Shown: piece after piece, positions 38,287-47,602 of the stretch
Layout of the letters: each line of letters opens with the position of its first letter
Numbering within the stretch: the first letter of the stretch is position 1
IMG/VR virus record: IMGVR_UViG_3300010002_000006
Coordinates: 124,001-188,000 of that record
DNA from: an uncultured virus (IMG/VR IMGVR_UViG_3300010002_000006)
Taxonomy: Duplodnaviria; Heunggongvirae; Uroviricota; Caudoviricetes
Strand: one strand, 5' to 3'
DNA length: 64,000 bases
The notes under the pieces: generated by a model
What the model was told of the DNA's origin: nothing
What the model saw: the letters and a program-made list of their open reading frames with translations, nothing else
Databases searched by the model: none
Program-made: the position numbers and the translations under genes

Positions 38287-38341
38287 AATAATTCTCGCTA
38301 AATTAAATGGGGGTTTGGGGGTGACTAGCTGTTTCGATAAC

Positions 38342-38896
38342 TTAGATATTGAACGGTAACCAGTGGCCAGTGATCATGTAAGTCACAATGGACTTTGGAA
38401 TACACAGAGCAGGAGAAAGTTTAAAGCCATTGACTTCAAATTCCAGCGATTCCACTGGCTCGCCTTTAGGACCAGCAATCTGAATCGTTTCACCAATCGT
38501 TACCGTGAACCCGCCTGGCAGTTCCAGAACTTCGGTTTTCATTTGACGATTGCTGACGGCGCTGACAATCTTCATCAACAGTGAATGGTTGATCAGCACA
38601 TTGTCGTACAACGCTTCAGCGACACGGAAAGTCAGGATATCACCCAGTTCCTGGACTTTACCACTGATCTGCTCAATGGTGTCACGGGTGGCTTTATCAC
38701 GATAGACTACACAATTCGCGACTTTACCGGTAATGCAGAGCTTTCCTTCTCGTCCTGGTTTTACTTCAACAACAACTTCGGCACTGCCGATAAGAAGCAG
38801 AGGGTGTGTACCAACTTTGAGGTTGGCAGGTGATGACAGAAACTGCGCGATCACAGTTGAAGCAGCGGTAACGGTATTCTTGTTGATAACGGCCAT
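38342..38896 (-). CDS. Hypothetical protein
   Basis: Start reassigned to MAVINK after TTAACTTAGAGGA. Confidence 0.7.
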   Translation of the reverse strand: MAVINKNTVTAASTVIAQFLSSPANLKVGTHPLLLIGSAEVVVEVKPGREGKLCITGKVANCVVYRDKATRDTIEQISGKVQELGDILTFRVAEALYDNVLINHSLLMKIVSAVSNRQMKTEVLELPGGFTVTIGETIQIAGPKGEPVESLEFEVNGFKLSPALCIPKSIVTYMITGHWLPFNI

Positions 38897-39000
38897 GGGG
38901 GATAATTCCTCTAAGTTAAAATTAAAATGTGTGAGTTTAGACACATTAATAATGTCAGGCTATAAAGATTTGTAAATGAAAATGAAAAAGAGATAACAAA

Positions 39001-39028
39001 CCTCTACTATCGGTTACGGTAGTAGAGG
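39001..39028 (-). terminator. Terminator hairpin (CTCTACT family)
   Basis: CCTCTACTATCG/CGGTAGTAGAGG. Confidence 0.7.
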
Positions 39029-39038
39029 AATAAGTTAT

Positions 39039-39707
39039 TTACTTACTGAAAGAATCCTGAAGAAGATTATAACATCTGCGAGTAATGCCTTCCACTACGT
39101 ACGATTCAGGTTTGAACCACTTCTGAACTTGTTCTTCCGTGATCTCAGATATCTTGATTTGTGGCGCAACAGCGATACTCCACCTGGTCCCAAGATAATC
39201 GAAATGGGCAATTATGGCCTGCTCACCTTCTTCAATGTTAATGATCATTTTCGGACCATCACGAAAACGCAGTTCGGTATGGAAATTTTCAGGATCCCGA
39301 ATCTTATTCAGATTCCTTACGAGAGAGGTCACATACCCACGCAGGTTGTCCTTGGAAATAATTTCTGGCCAGGTGGCATTTTCAAATTGAGGATAATATT
39401 CATCCACCAATCTTTCAATAAGAAAGTTCACACCCGGTGTCAGTTGATGTTTCCGAACATCCTCTTTAGTGATATTCTCTCGCGGATATCCGTCAAACCT
39501 GAAAGGAATCACCGCTGTCTTATCACCAATGGTCAAATGAACATCTTGGGTTCGTGTTTCAGGATTCTGAATAACCCGATACTCACTTGGTGCGCCAACA
39601 TGTCGGAACTTCAAATGTTCCAGGAAATACTTGGGTGCATGGATATTGATGATGTTACTAACCACATTCATTATACAATGTTCAAACTCTTTCTTAGAAA
39701 TAGACAT
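39039..39707 (-). CDS. Hypothetical protein
   Basis: Start MSISKK. Confidence 0.7.
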   Translation of the reverse strand: MSISKKEFEHCIMNVVSNIINIHAPKYFLEHLKFRHVGAPSEYRVIQNPETRTQDVHLTIGDKTAVIPFRFDGYPRENITKEDVRKHQLTPGVNFLIERLVDEYYPQFENATWPEIISKDNLRGYVTSLVRNLNKIRDPENFHTELRFRDGPKMIINIEEGEQAIIAHFDYLGTRWSIAVAPQIKISEITEEQVQKWFKPESYVVEGITRRCYNLLQDSFSK

Positions 39708-39715
39708 AGTGACCC

Positions 39716-40153
39716 TTATAAGGCGGAACGGAAAGGAACACCCCAAGTTGGGATACGTTGAAGACCTAGCTTTTTATACTGAATCGCTATGCACTCAATT
39801 TCTCTGAACTTCATGGGGCCTTTTGGTTTACCAACAACAAGAGGAGTGCCACCGGGATACTGACTGATGTAACAACACCCATCTATCCATTTGACTTTGA
39901 ACATTGCGCTACGTAATAACCCATCAGACCCCATATAACGAAGCCGCGTGAATTTAATATTCCAATAACGAAGTTCCTGGATATCACTTAAAAGAAAGTT
40001 TCTCTTTAAGCTCTTCATTTTCTTTTCGCTACGATTACGCCATGCAATCTTTACATTCCACCACTTTTTACGGAACCAGTTTGGTTTGATATATTTGTTT
40101 CCACCAACTTCATAGAGAAACTCGCTGATGTTACTGCTGTTGATCTCTCTCAT
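39716..40153 (-). CDS. Hypothetical basic protein
   Basis: 145 aa ORF in operon. Confidence 0.6.
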   Translation of the reverse strand: MREINSSNISEFLYEVGGNKYIKPNWFRKKWWNVKIAWRNRSEKKMKSLKRNFLLSDIQELRYWNIKFTRLRYMGSDGLLRSAMFKVKWIDGCCYISQYPGGTPLVVGKPKGPMKFREIECIAIQYKKLGLQRIPTWGVPFRSAL

Positions 40154-40158
40154 GAATA

Positions 40159-41055
40159 CTAATCACTTGCCAGAGAGTTTAACTCAGTCAACATCCAGTC
40201 GTACCAGTTAACACCATCAGTACGATCGACGGAGAAGAAGAAATGAACCATCCCAACTTTGATCCGAACATATTTACCTGACTTCACTTGCATCATGGTA
40301 ACTTCCGCACTAGGGAACCATGGATAGGTCACAATAATACCGGGTCCGAAATTACCATTAGCGTATCGGTCGCGAATATCATTAATGACCTGATGCATTT
40401 CAACTTGGTGATCCTGGACATATGCCAACACATTTGCTGCCATCAATTTCTTATCGGCAACGTGTTCAGGAAAATCAATCCACCAATCACCCAGTAAACG
40501 TTTAGCGATACTGTCACGAGAGAACAACATATCAACAGGTTCATCCGAAACAGTGGTAGAATCAACCTGGGACAGAACAGTTTTCATTTTGTTAGCGAAA
40601 ACTACTTTATCACCTGTTGTTTCAGGTTCAACCACTTTAACGGAATCACCACCGAAATCACGGTTATCAGAAATAGAGACACGATAAGCGCCACTACCCG
40701 CTTCTTCTACTTGGAAGAAGATGTCGTGATGGACACTGTTGAGAGAACCCAGGTCGTCCCAGTACAGAGCGATGTAAACACGGTTATAACGAATGCCGTC
40801 TAAACGATCACGCTGTACTCGACCACCGATTGCTTTGACATCTTTGTCAACACCGGAGGCAAAGACAGTGGTCAGTGGAGGCGGAATGATAACAACCTGA
40901 ATATCACTGTTATAGAACAGCTCATTAACCACAACGTTAATGATGTCAGTGGAAACCATCCCCGGTAACTGAATACCGATGATACCCTGCTGAAGCGGAT
41001 TCGATTCCAGTTTGTGCTGGATCATCTTAACAAAGTTTACGCCGGTGATATTCAT
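40159..41055 (-). CDS. Hypothetical protein
   Basis: 298 aa; GAGGA RBS. Confidence 0.7.
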   Translation of the reverse strand: MNITGVNFVKMIQHKLESNPLQQGIIGIQLPGMVSTDIINVVVNELFYNSDIQVVIIPPPLTTVFASGVDKDVKAIGGRVQRDRLDGIRYNRVYIALYWDDLGSLNSVHHDIFFQVEEAGSGAYRVSISDNRDFGGDSVKVVEPETTGDKVVFANKMKTVLSQVDSTTVSDEPVDMLFSRDSIAKRLLGDWWIDFPEHVADKKLMAANVLAYVQDHQVEMHQVINDIRDRYANGNFGPGIIVTYPWFPSAEVTMMQVKSGKYVRIKVGMVHFFFSVDRTDGVNWYDWMLTELNSLASD

Positions 41056-41231
41056 TAGTACGTCCTCAAGCCAGAAAGGGGGTCGATGATAATAACCGTT
41101 GGAGCTTCACGAGTTACCAGTTTAGTTGAAGAAGTTGTCCTTACCTGACAAGGAGTGATAACTTTGATATCTTTGTCTTTGACCAATTCCTTGGTGCGGG
41201 AGAATAGATCGTTCATTTGTTCTTGAGACAT
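41055..41231 (-). CDS. 58-aa hypothetical protein
   Basis: Below the track cutoff (MSQEQMNDLFSRTKELV...); TAATG overlap with the next gene. Confidence 0.55.
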   Translation of the reverse strand: MSQEQMNDLFSRTKELVKDKDIKVITPCQVRTTSSTKLVTREAPTVIIIDPLSGLRTY

Positions 41232-41243
41232 TCTTCAATATCC

Positions 41244-41576
41244 TCAGTGAACCGCATTAACAGATTTAAAAATCCGATTAATCAACAGCGTGTTGATCTG
41301 AACAAACCGCTCCACAATCCAGCTTTCATCATGGAGTTTGATATCAGCAAAATTCTGAGGTGAAATTCTAAAGGCAACGATCTCACCGTACCAGCCGTTG
41401 ATGTAGACAACCAGGTCGTCCATTTCCAGGATAAAGCGAACTTCCACTTCCTCATCCCGATGTTGGAACCGAAATGTTTCAGGTGCCGTCTTGATATCAG
41501 GCAGTACCATGAGATGTTGGATCACCGGGGTGATGAGTTCTTTTAACTCTGCACGAAGTTTCTTACGCGTTAGCAT
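41244..41576 (-). CDS. Hypothetical protein
   Basis: 110 aa; GGAG RBS. Confidence 0.7.
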   Translation of the reverse strand: MLTRKKLRAELKELITPVIQHLMVLPDIKTAPETFRFQHRDEEVEVRFILEMDDLVVYINGWYGEIVAFRISPQNFADIKLHDESWIVERFVQINTLLINRIFKSVNAVH

Positions 41577-41818
41577 GGATGTTTCTCCAAAACGTTTTGA
41601 TAAACCTGCTCCATGTGACCCGGTGTGGTTTGAAGTACCCGATCCAATTCACGGAAGGTGGTGAATCCCATCCAGGGATGTTGGCCGTAATAGAGTTTAC
41701 GGGCGACATCCAGAGGTTGATCAATCCTGTCAGTGAACTGAGAGGCAGAGATATTTTTACGGTGGCAAATGGCGCGAACGATTTCGGCAAAGGCTGCATT
41801 GAGTTTTTGAGCTTTCAT
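41570..41818 (-). CDS. Small XRE/HigA-like HTH protein (divergent)
   Basis: NISASQFTDRID...RELDRVLQTTPGHM parallels HigA LRLGKVLGTTPQFW. Confidence 0.45.
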   Translation of the reverse strand: MKAQKLNAAFAEIVRAICHRKNISASQFTDRIDQPLDVARKLYYGQHPWMGFTTFRELDRVLQTTPGHMEQVYQNVLEKHPC

Positions 41819-41905
41819 GATTTCTCTCTAAGTTAAACATAGGTGATCAAAGATGACCCAGCCGGAGCTAGATCATCTTGACTGTAGTTTGATAATATTC
41901 TACTG

Positions 41906-42427
41906 CTAGCCGGGTAAGGAAGACCGGGTATTCAACTTCACGATAAAATTACCCAGTATACTCATGACAACCTCATCATGGATGAACTCATCTTCCAGGT
42001 GATAGTCATATTCACGTACGCTGGTCATTACTGCAATGTGGTTAGGATAAATATTAATACGACCCAGTGGGGTTTTGCTGCCTTCCTTTTCAACCGTGAT
42101 CGACAAAGGGGTTTGATCAAAAGGTGTGAAGACATACTCGTTCACTGAGAAGGGGGTGAAATCGGTGAGTGTTCGACTTTTAAGCGAGTTGATCATCTCG
42201 GAGAACTGCACAACAAATTTCATCAACGCCTGGGTATCGTACTGATCAAGTTCAGCACTGAGTTTATTCACCAAGCCTTCTAACAATTTTTTCTGTAACA
42301 CTTCTTTGTTATCGTCGAATCGACCATCTAACTTCTCTGACGCTTTGGCGATATCGAGCTCCAGCTGCTTTTGAAGGGATACGGCGTAACGATCAACTAT
42401 TTTGGTTAATTCTTCTTTGTATTCCAT
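41906..42427 (-). CDS. Hypothetical protein
   Basis: 173 aa; coiled-coil N-half. Confidence 0.7.
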   Translation of the reverse strand: MEYKEELTKIVDRYAVSLQKQLELDIAKASEKLDGRFDDNKEVLQKKLLEGLVNKLSAELDQYDTQALMKFVVQFSEMINSLKSRTLTDFTPFSVNEYVFTPFDQTPLSITVEKEGSKTPLGRINIYPNHIAVMTSVREYDYHLEDEFIHDEVVMSILGNFIVKLNTRSSLPG

Positions 42428-42459
42428 TTACAACGTTCCCAATTGAAAAAGCGGATTTT

Positions 42460-42488
42460 CTCTAGTTACCCTTTTGAGGTAACTAGAG
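42460..42488 (-). terminator. Hairpin, probable terminator
   Basis: CTCTAGTTACC/GGTAACTAGAG. Confidence 0.6.
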
Positions 42489-42778
42489 TCTTGATCTTTC
42501 TCTTTTCTCTTAAGGAGGTTTCTTTCCTCTCTTCTCCTTTCTTCTCTCTTATAGTTACTCTATATATATTAACTATATAATAAATATAATTACCTTAAAA
42601 GGTAAGAGAAGAATCAAGAATAGAAATTGCCCCTATTATCCCCTTTAAAGATAAGAAAAAGAAGAGAAAATCTTATAAACCACATTACCATAAAAGGGGG
42701 AAACCAGTAAGGTGATCGATAAGACTACATACAATAGAAAACGCGTAAAAGAAAACCCCGATATTAATAGGGAAACAT

Positions 42779-43159
42779 TCACGCTCTGTGGGGAAGGTGA
42801 TAGTCAATGATCGCATTCATAAACGTCAGCTTGGAGACAACATCTCCAGCTTCGATCACGATGTGGTGACGTCCTTTGTCAATGTCACGATCGAGTCGAA
42901 TTTCTACGTTCGGTACCAAATCCCCAACCCGATTGATAATCGTAATCAGATCTGAGATGTGCAGTGCCGGTGCGTTTAAAAGACGTTTATTGATTTCAAT
43001 TTCAATGTTGCCATAAGCGCACTTTACATCCTTCACAGCCTGTTGAATCTTTTCTGATTCGTTAAGCAAGACGCAGACGAGCCAAATCGCTCCCACTGCC
43101 AACAAGATCAACGCTATCAAAATAATGATTCCCAACAACCCATAATTGGTTATGCCCAT
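42779..43159 (-). CDS. Predicted membrane-anchored protein
   Basis: N-terminal hydrophobic run YGLLGIIILIALILLAVGAIWLVCVLL. Confidence 0.7.
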   Translation of the reverse strand: MGITNYGLLGIIILIALILLAVGAIWLVCVLLNESEKIQQAVKDVKCAYGNIEIEINKRLLNAPALHISDLITIINRVGDLVPNVEIRLDRDIDKGRHHIVIEAGDVVSKLTFMNAIIDYHLPHRA

Positions 43160-43223
43160 GTTATTATTCTCAAAAGACAACAAAAAAATATAGACAGGGA
43201 GTTTCCTCCCCATCTACGTACGG

Positions 43224-43898
43224 TTACTTCAAGTGACGCTCAACATGTTCCAGCAATACCTCACGGACCCAACGGTTCAGTGACACATCGGCCACGTTCG
43301 CGTGATAGGTTCGCATGATCCCGGCATGAACCGGCACCAGTTTCGTGAAGAGACCTGAGACGTCGCCCGTGTAAGTCTCAATAAACACCTGAAGGCGATT
43401 AAAGAGACCACGCTGGATCACAACTCGGGTTTTCATCAGAGAACTGATGTTGCTGTCGCCGTAATGGATTTCCTGGACGTTCTGACCAAAGATCAGACGT
43501 TTGAACCAGCCAATCGCATTAACAAACGGTTTGATATTGACCAGGTTAACACTTTGCGTAATGATATCAATGGCTTCATTATACGTGCTGCGGTGTTCCC
43601 GGTGAAACCAGACTTCAAGTTGGTTCAATACCGATTTACTGATATGAGGGTTTTTACCTAACTTAATGAACCGTTCAGTCCGTCCTGTGGTCAGGTGTAG
43701 ACTGTAGACCCCACCTTCCAGTACCAACGTGACTCGCAACGCGCCTGCACTGAACAGAACACATTGGGTATAGGAACCAGTTGCCATTGGTAACATCACG
43801 GCATTGGTGAGTTCTTTATTTACCCTGGCGATGTTCTCAGCTAACAGAGACAGGAACATACGCAGGTAAATAACAGTCATGCTGTTATAGTCAAACAT
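43224..43898 (-). CDS. Hypothetical protein
   Basis: Start MFDYNS after GAGGA. Confidence 0.7.
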   Translation of the reverse strand: MFDYNSMTVIYLRMFLSLLAENIARVNKELTNAVMLPMATGSYTQCVLFSAGALRVTLVLEGGVYSLHLTTGRTERFIKLGKNPHISKSVLNQLEVWFHREHRSTYNEAIDIITQSVNLVNIKPFVNAIGWFKRLIFGQNVQEIHYGDSNISSLMKTRVVIQRGLFNRLQVFIETYTGDVSGLFTKLVPVHAGIMRTYHANVADVSLNRWVREVLLEHVERHLK

Positions 43899-43995
43899 TA
43901 ACCATATCCTCAGAGAGTTTTTGAGTGTGTGTAATATCCTTATACGTAAGTGACGACTAACTGCAAAAACAGTCAGGATCACAATATAGTAATGG

Positions 43996-44433
43996 TTAGC
44001 CCAAACTTACCTGAACTGGATCTGAAGTAACCTTAACTGCCCAGGTTCCCTTGATATCGTAAATGCGTTCAGCTGACCAGAATTTAACGGTGTAAGATTC
44101 CGTGTTTCCTTCCCAGTCTACTGTCACCTCAGTATAGCTCTGGGTTTTGGCATAGTTTCTGAGCCAGACCACAAAGTCCTGTAACTGGTGTGTGCTGATA
44201 CTGTTGGATTTAAGATAGAGACTATTGAGTCGTTCTTCGACCACCATGATAAACCGGGATTCCAAAGAACCCGTAATCCAGACCTGGTTCTTTTGTTTGT
44301 ACTGCTTTTGTTTCTCAACCCAGTTGTCATGATAACGCTGCAGCGCAGGCAGGATGTAACGTCCCAGAACAAACCCTAACAAAAAGGTCAACGTTCCAAT
44401 AATTAACAGGTTGGTTATTTCTACAGTGATCAT
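43996..44433 (-). CDS. Predicted membrane-anchored protein
   Basis: N-terminal TM LLIIGTLTFLLGFVLG. Confidence 0.7.
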   Translation of the reverse strand: MITVEITNLLIIGTLTFLLGFVLGRYILPALQRYHDNWVEKQKQYKQKNQVWITGSLESRFIMVVEERLNSLYLKSNSISTHQLQDFVVWLRNYAKTQSYTEVTVDWEGNTESYTVKFWSAERIYDIKGTWAVKVTSDPVQVSLG

Positions 44434-44563
44434 AATAGCCTCTAAGTAAAAGACACTAACGAATAAGGATACTCACTTCGTTCGTTAATATATTAGTAAT
44501 TTCCTTTCGGAAGGTAGACCGGATCAGACCCCTACCCCTAACAGATAGGAGTAGGAGTAAGAA

Positions 44564-44890
44564 TTAATTTGAAAGCTGCTTTAAGATATCTTCAACAATC
44601 TCATCGGTGATGATAGGGTTGTCGTAAGAATAGATAATCTTCTTTTTGAGGGGATGAGAAACATATACTGTCAACTCACAGCGACCCATCTCCAATACCG
44701 TCCGATCCCCACCGTTGATCTTCGCCATCATAAAACCGGCACCGGTGGTGATGTTGAAAGTAATGCCTTTGACCGTGAGATCAAATTTGCTGCGCATCAC
44801 CTTCATCGCCAGGATATCGTTCAGCATGATCCGAAACGCAATCGCCTGTTTGGACCAGTGGCTGAGCTGTTCTTCACGAAGACGTGTCAT
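44564..44890 (-). CDS. Hypothetical protein
   Basis: 108 aa; AGGAG RBS, ATGA overlap. Confidence 0.7.
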   Translation of the reverse strand: MTRLREEQLSHWSKQAIAFRIMLNDILAMKVMRSKFDLTVKGITFNITTGAGFMMAKINGGDRTVLEMGRCELTVYVSHPLKKKIIYSYDNPIITDEIVEDILKQLSN

Positions 44891-45264
44891 TTGGTCTCCT
44901 TGGCATGCCCCACCAGTTTGTCCATGACTTCTTTGATCATGATCTCCAGATCAACGGGATCAGGCACTTCGCAGAGTTTGACCCCTTTGTTGATTTTGCG
45001 CAGCAGGTTACAGTTCACCGCGTCAAAGATCTCATCGAGCTCAATGTCGAGAACCTCTTCGTACTTCAGGATCTCATGGTAGATCCTAAAATAGTCCAGG
45101 TGGATAACTTCTTTGGTTCGGGATTTTGCACCCGTGAATCTTGGTTTACGAGACATGTGTCTCTCCTTGTCGGTATTGTTGGAGCGAGTCCAAGAGTAAT
45201 AAGCCAGGCAGGCAGTAATCCCACCCAGCACAAAGAGTGCAAGTATGCAGAGAACGATTTTCAT
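44887..45264 (-). CDS. Predicted membrane-anchored protein
   Basis: N-terminal hydrophobic helix; possible internal start MSRKP after AAGGAGAG. Confidence 0.65.
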   Translation of the reverse strand: MKIVLCILALFVLGGITACLAYYSWTRSNNTDKERHMSRKPRFTGAKSRTKEVIHLDYFRIYHEILKYEEVLDIELDEIFDAVNCNLLRKINKGVKLCEVPDPVDLEIMIKEVMDKLVGHAKETK

Positions 45265-45878
45265 TAGATCTCGAAAATGTCGGAGAGCTTAACCGGACCG
45301 TTATCCCCGTGAATGGAAACGATCTGACCGTTCTTAATGACGCCATCATATTGTACAAAGCGACCGTTTTTCTCGACGGTGACTTCGAACAAGGCATCAT
45401 AAGTTTGAGTGTGGCGATGCGTGAAGGTCACTTTGTAACCATCACTGTATTGCAAATCATTGCCACTTTGCTCACATGCACGCTGCAATCTTCTCTTGAT
45501 ATCCTTCGCTGCCATCAAACCAACCACACTGTCCACAATGCGGCCAAGTAAGTTAAAACGCTCATTCATACTTTCAGTAATATAAAAATAGAAATCGTAT
45601 GATTTGAGCTCGCACAACAGGAATCGCAAAATCCCCTCTTTAGGACGGGTGTAAGCGATACGTCCTTTACTTTCAATCGCAAACGTGTACATTCTGATGT
45701 CACGGTTGACAATGAATTCGATGCACGCGACTTCGATGCCGTTCATGCTCATGTCTCGCAACGAACCAGGGTTGGCACGGGTTACGCGAACTGAGTTAAT
45801 GGTCAGGTACTCGCCGAGTTTGGTAGCGAACTCTGCACGAATCGCGTCTAAGTTCAGTGGTGTGGTTTCTAAGTTCAT
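45264..45878 (-). CDS. Hypothetical early protein
   Basis: 204 aa; first gene after promoter motif at 45924..45931. Confidence 0.7.
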   Translation of the reverse strand: MNLETTPLNLDAIRAEFATKLGEYLTINSVRVTRANPGSLRDMSMNGIEVACIEFIVNRDIRMYTFAIESKGRIAYTRPKEGILRFLLCELKSYDFYFYITESMNERFNLLGRIVDSVVGLMAAKDIKRRLQRACEQSGNDLQYSDGYKVTFTHRHTQTYDALFEVTVEKNGRFVQYDGVIKNGQIVSIHGDNGPVKLSDIFEI

Positions 45879-45913
45879 GGTGGATCCTCTAAATTAAAAT
45901 AACTGCGTTAAGT

Positions 45914-45942
45914 ATACACTGTGATAATATCGGCTTAATTAA
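45914..45942 (-). promoter_or_regulatory. Putative phage early promoter
   Basis: TTAAGCCGATATTATCACAGTGTA. Confidence 0.6.
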
Positions 45943-46643
45943 TTATAAGCTCTTTTATTTTATGTAATAAAACGCTTACTTATTTTCATCTCTGATGAGA
46001 TAAGAGACACTTGCTGTGGTGTCTCTGCTTTTTTATAAGCATTCTTACGAGTGTTTATAAAGAAGTATGTTCGCAACGTGCTTCTTGTGCCTTGGGCATG
46101 TAGTAGGGTTTTCATCATCGCTAACAAAGTGGAAGGGGTCCGCCAATCTCTTCCGCTTTCTTTAAAGGTATTCTTGCGAGTGTCTTTAAAGAAAGCATGG
46201 GGGCGTGCTTTCAATTCTGGCTAGCTGTTCTGTTGTACTAACTAAAAGGGAGTGAGTTGGTCTTACTTTTCCTCCACTCACTCGCCTTTTTATTTCTCTA
46301 TGTCTATTCCCTGAGTAGCTATAAAGAAATAACATTGCGCTCAATGCTGTTTCTGGATTTGTTATCATACTTGTATGGATTTGCCTTCTATTAGGCAGGG
46401 GTTCAACGACCCCTTCTTTCAATGCATATTAACCAATGTATATTGCAAGAATTTTCCTGTTGTAACTAGTAGGCTTTACCTGTTCCGAATCCATTCGGGG
46501 CGGCTAAAACTATTATGCTGTTTGTCGTAAAAGATTATTCAGATATTTATAGTCTGAGCAAAGTAGTCGCCTGCGGTAATTTCCCTCTCTTGTCCTTCGT
46601 GGAGGAAGAGCGAGATCCAGGAGGGAAAGCAACAAAGTTTTAT

Positions 46644-47192
46644 TCTCCCATAGTTCAGTTGGTAGAACGAGGTAAAGATCATGGCAATGAGGGATTTAAA
46701 GATCCTTTTCGATAGCATAGTCTCTGATCCTTCTTCGGGCTGCTGGAACTGGACTAAGAGTACTCGTGAAGGATATGGTCAAATCAAAGTTGGCGATATC
46801 CACTGGACGACACACCGTTATGCTGCAACAGCTATTTATGGTGAGATTCCGAAAGGGATGGTCGTTAGACATTCCTGTAATAACCGACGGTGCTGTAATC
46901 CTAATCACTTAAGCATCGGCAGTCACCAGGATAATTGGGAAGACTCTGAAGTAGTTCACAGAGAGAACACCGATAAGATGAGAAAGATGAGAGGTTGGAA
47001 CATAGACGGTGTCTGTTATCCATCTTCTCGAATCGCTCATCAGAAAACTGGCATTTCGATGGCGAGCTTAGTCAAGTATACTCAATCTGGTATATTCGAT
47101 ATAGAAACGTATCGGAAGAATTGCGAACGCCAGGGTAAAGTTCCCAAAGTCTGATCCGTATGTCGCAAGTTCGAGCCTTGCCGGGAGAGCCA
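46644..47192 (+). pseudogene. tRNA-Asn-derived gene split by an HNH endonuclease ORF (5' half 46644..46669, 3' half 47155..47192)
   Basis: TCTCCCA TA GTTC AGTTGGTA GAAC G ... TCCGT ATGTC GCAAG TTCGAGC CTTGC CGGGAGA GCCA. Closely parallels enterobacterial tRNA-Asn; anticodon loop and 5' anticodon strand are missing. Confidence 0.8.
46681..47154 (+). mobile_element. HNH homing endonuclease
   Basis: CWNW...GYG...THR...VRHSCNNRRCCNPNHL..GSHQDN (HNH_3/His-Cys type). Confidence 0.9.
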
Positions 47193-47194
47193 AA

Positions 47195-47295
47195 TTACAT
47201 TCACACGCAGTTGGGGTACAATAGACCAGGGGCGCTTTTGCGACCATACCTGGGATCCACTTCCCACCTACCAGCATAAGGACGTGTGGATGTAA
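47195..47295 (+). ncRNA. Structured ncRNA candidate
   Basis: 13-bp closing stem TTACATTCACACG/CGTGTGGATGTAA with nested CCAGG/CCTGG and CGC-TTTT-GCG; fills the gap between two tRNA genes. Confidence 0.55.
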
Positions 47296-47301
47296 CCTTT
47301 T

Positions 47302-47391
47302 AGAGAGTTGGATGAGCGGTTTAAGTCACCTCCCTGCTAAGGAGGCGTATCAGTAATGGTACCGAGGGTTCGAATCCCTCACTCTCTGCCA
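47302..47391 (+). tRNA. tRNA-Ser(GCT)
   Basis: AGAGAGT/ACTCTCT acceptor, CCTCC-CTGCTAA-GGAGG anticodon arm, long variable arm, GAGGG-TTCGAAT-CCCTC, encoded GCCA. Confidence 0.95.
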
Positions 47392-47394
47392 AAT

Positions 47395-47481
47395 ATCGGG
47401 ATAGTCTATTTAAACTTAGTGTCGGAATTCGACGGCGGATACGTCCGTAAGGCTATGTAGGTTCGAATCCTACTCCTGATA
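47395..47481 (+). ncRNA. tRNA-like RNA (acceptor + T arm, non-canonical core)
   Basis: ATCGGGA/TCCTGAT acceptor, GTAGG-TTCGAAT-CCTAC; internal hairpins GTCG/CGAC and GCGGA-TACG-TCCGT. Confidence 0.65.
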
Positions 47482-47489
47482 ATAAATAT

Positions 47490-47593
47490 GCGGTTATGTC
47501 TTTAGGGGCATCGTAAAGGTACGAAAGTGGATGATTAGTTTCTACCACTGGATAACTTTACAGTAGTCAGGTTAAATCCCTGTGGCCGCGCCA
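47490..47593 (+). ncRNA. tRNA-like RNA ending in CCA
   Basis: GCGGTTA/TGGCCGC-GCCA acceptor; variant T arm CAGG-TTAAATC-CCTG; three internal hairpins. Confidence 0.55.
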
Positions 47594-47602
47594 AATTTTT
47601 AT

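Noticed and set aside
45990..46050. CTGATGA followed by a hairpin: possible second hammerhead
   Set aside because: No GAAA after the stem and no stem III/NUH. The AGAGACAC/GTGTCTCT hairpin plus T-run looks like a terminator.
46441..46510. Possible tRNA remnant (TTCCGAATCCATTCGGGGCGGCTA)
   Set aside because: Only a T-arm-like fragment; no cloverleaf can be built
46644..47192. Group I intron in the tRNA anticodon loop
   Set aside because: The insert is only an 11-nt leader plus the HNH ORF. No intron core is evident, and the anticodon itself is missing, so splicing would not restore the tRNA.
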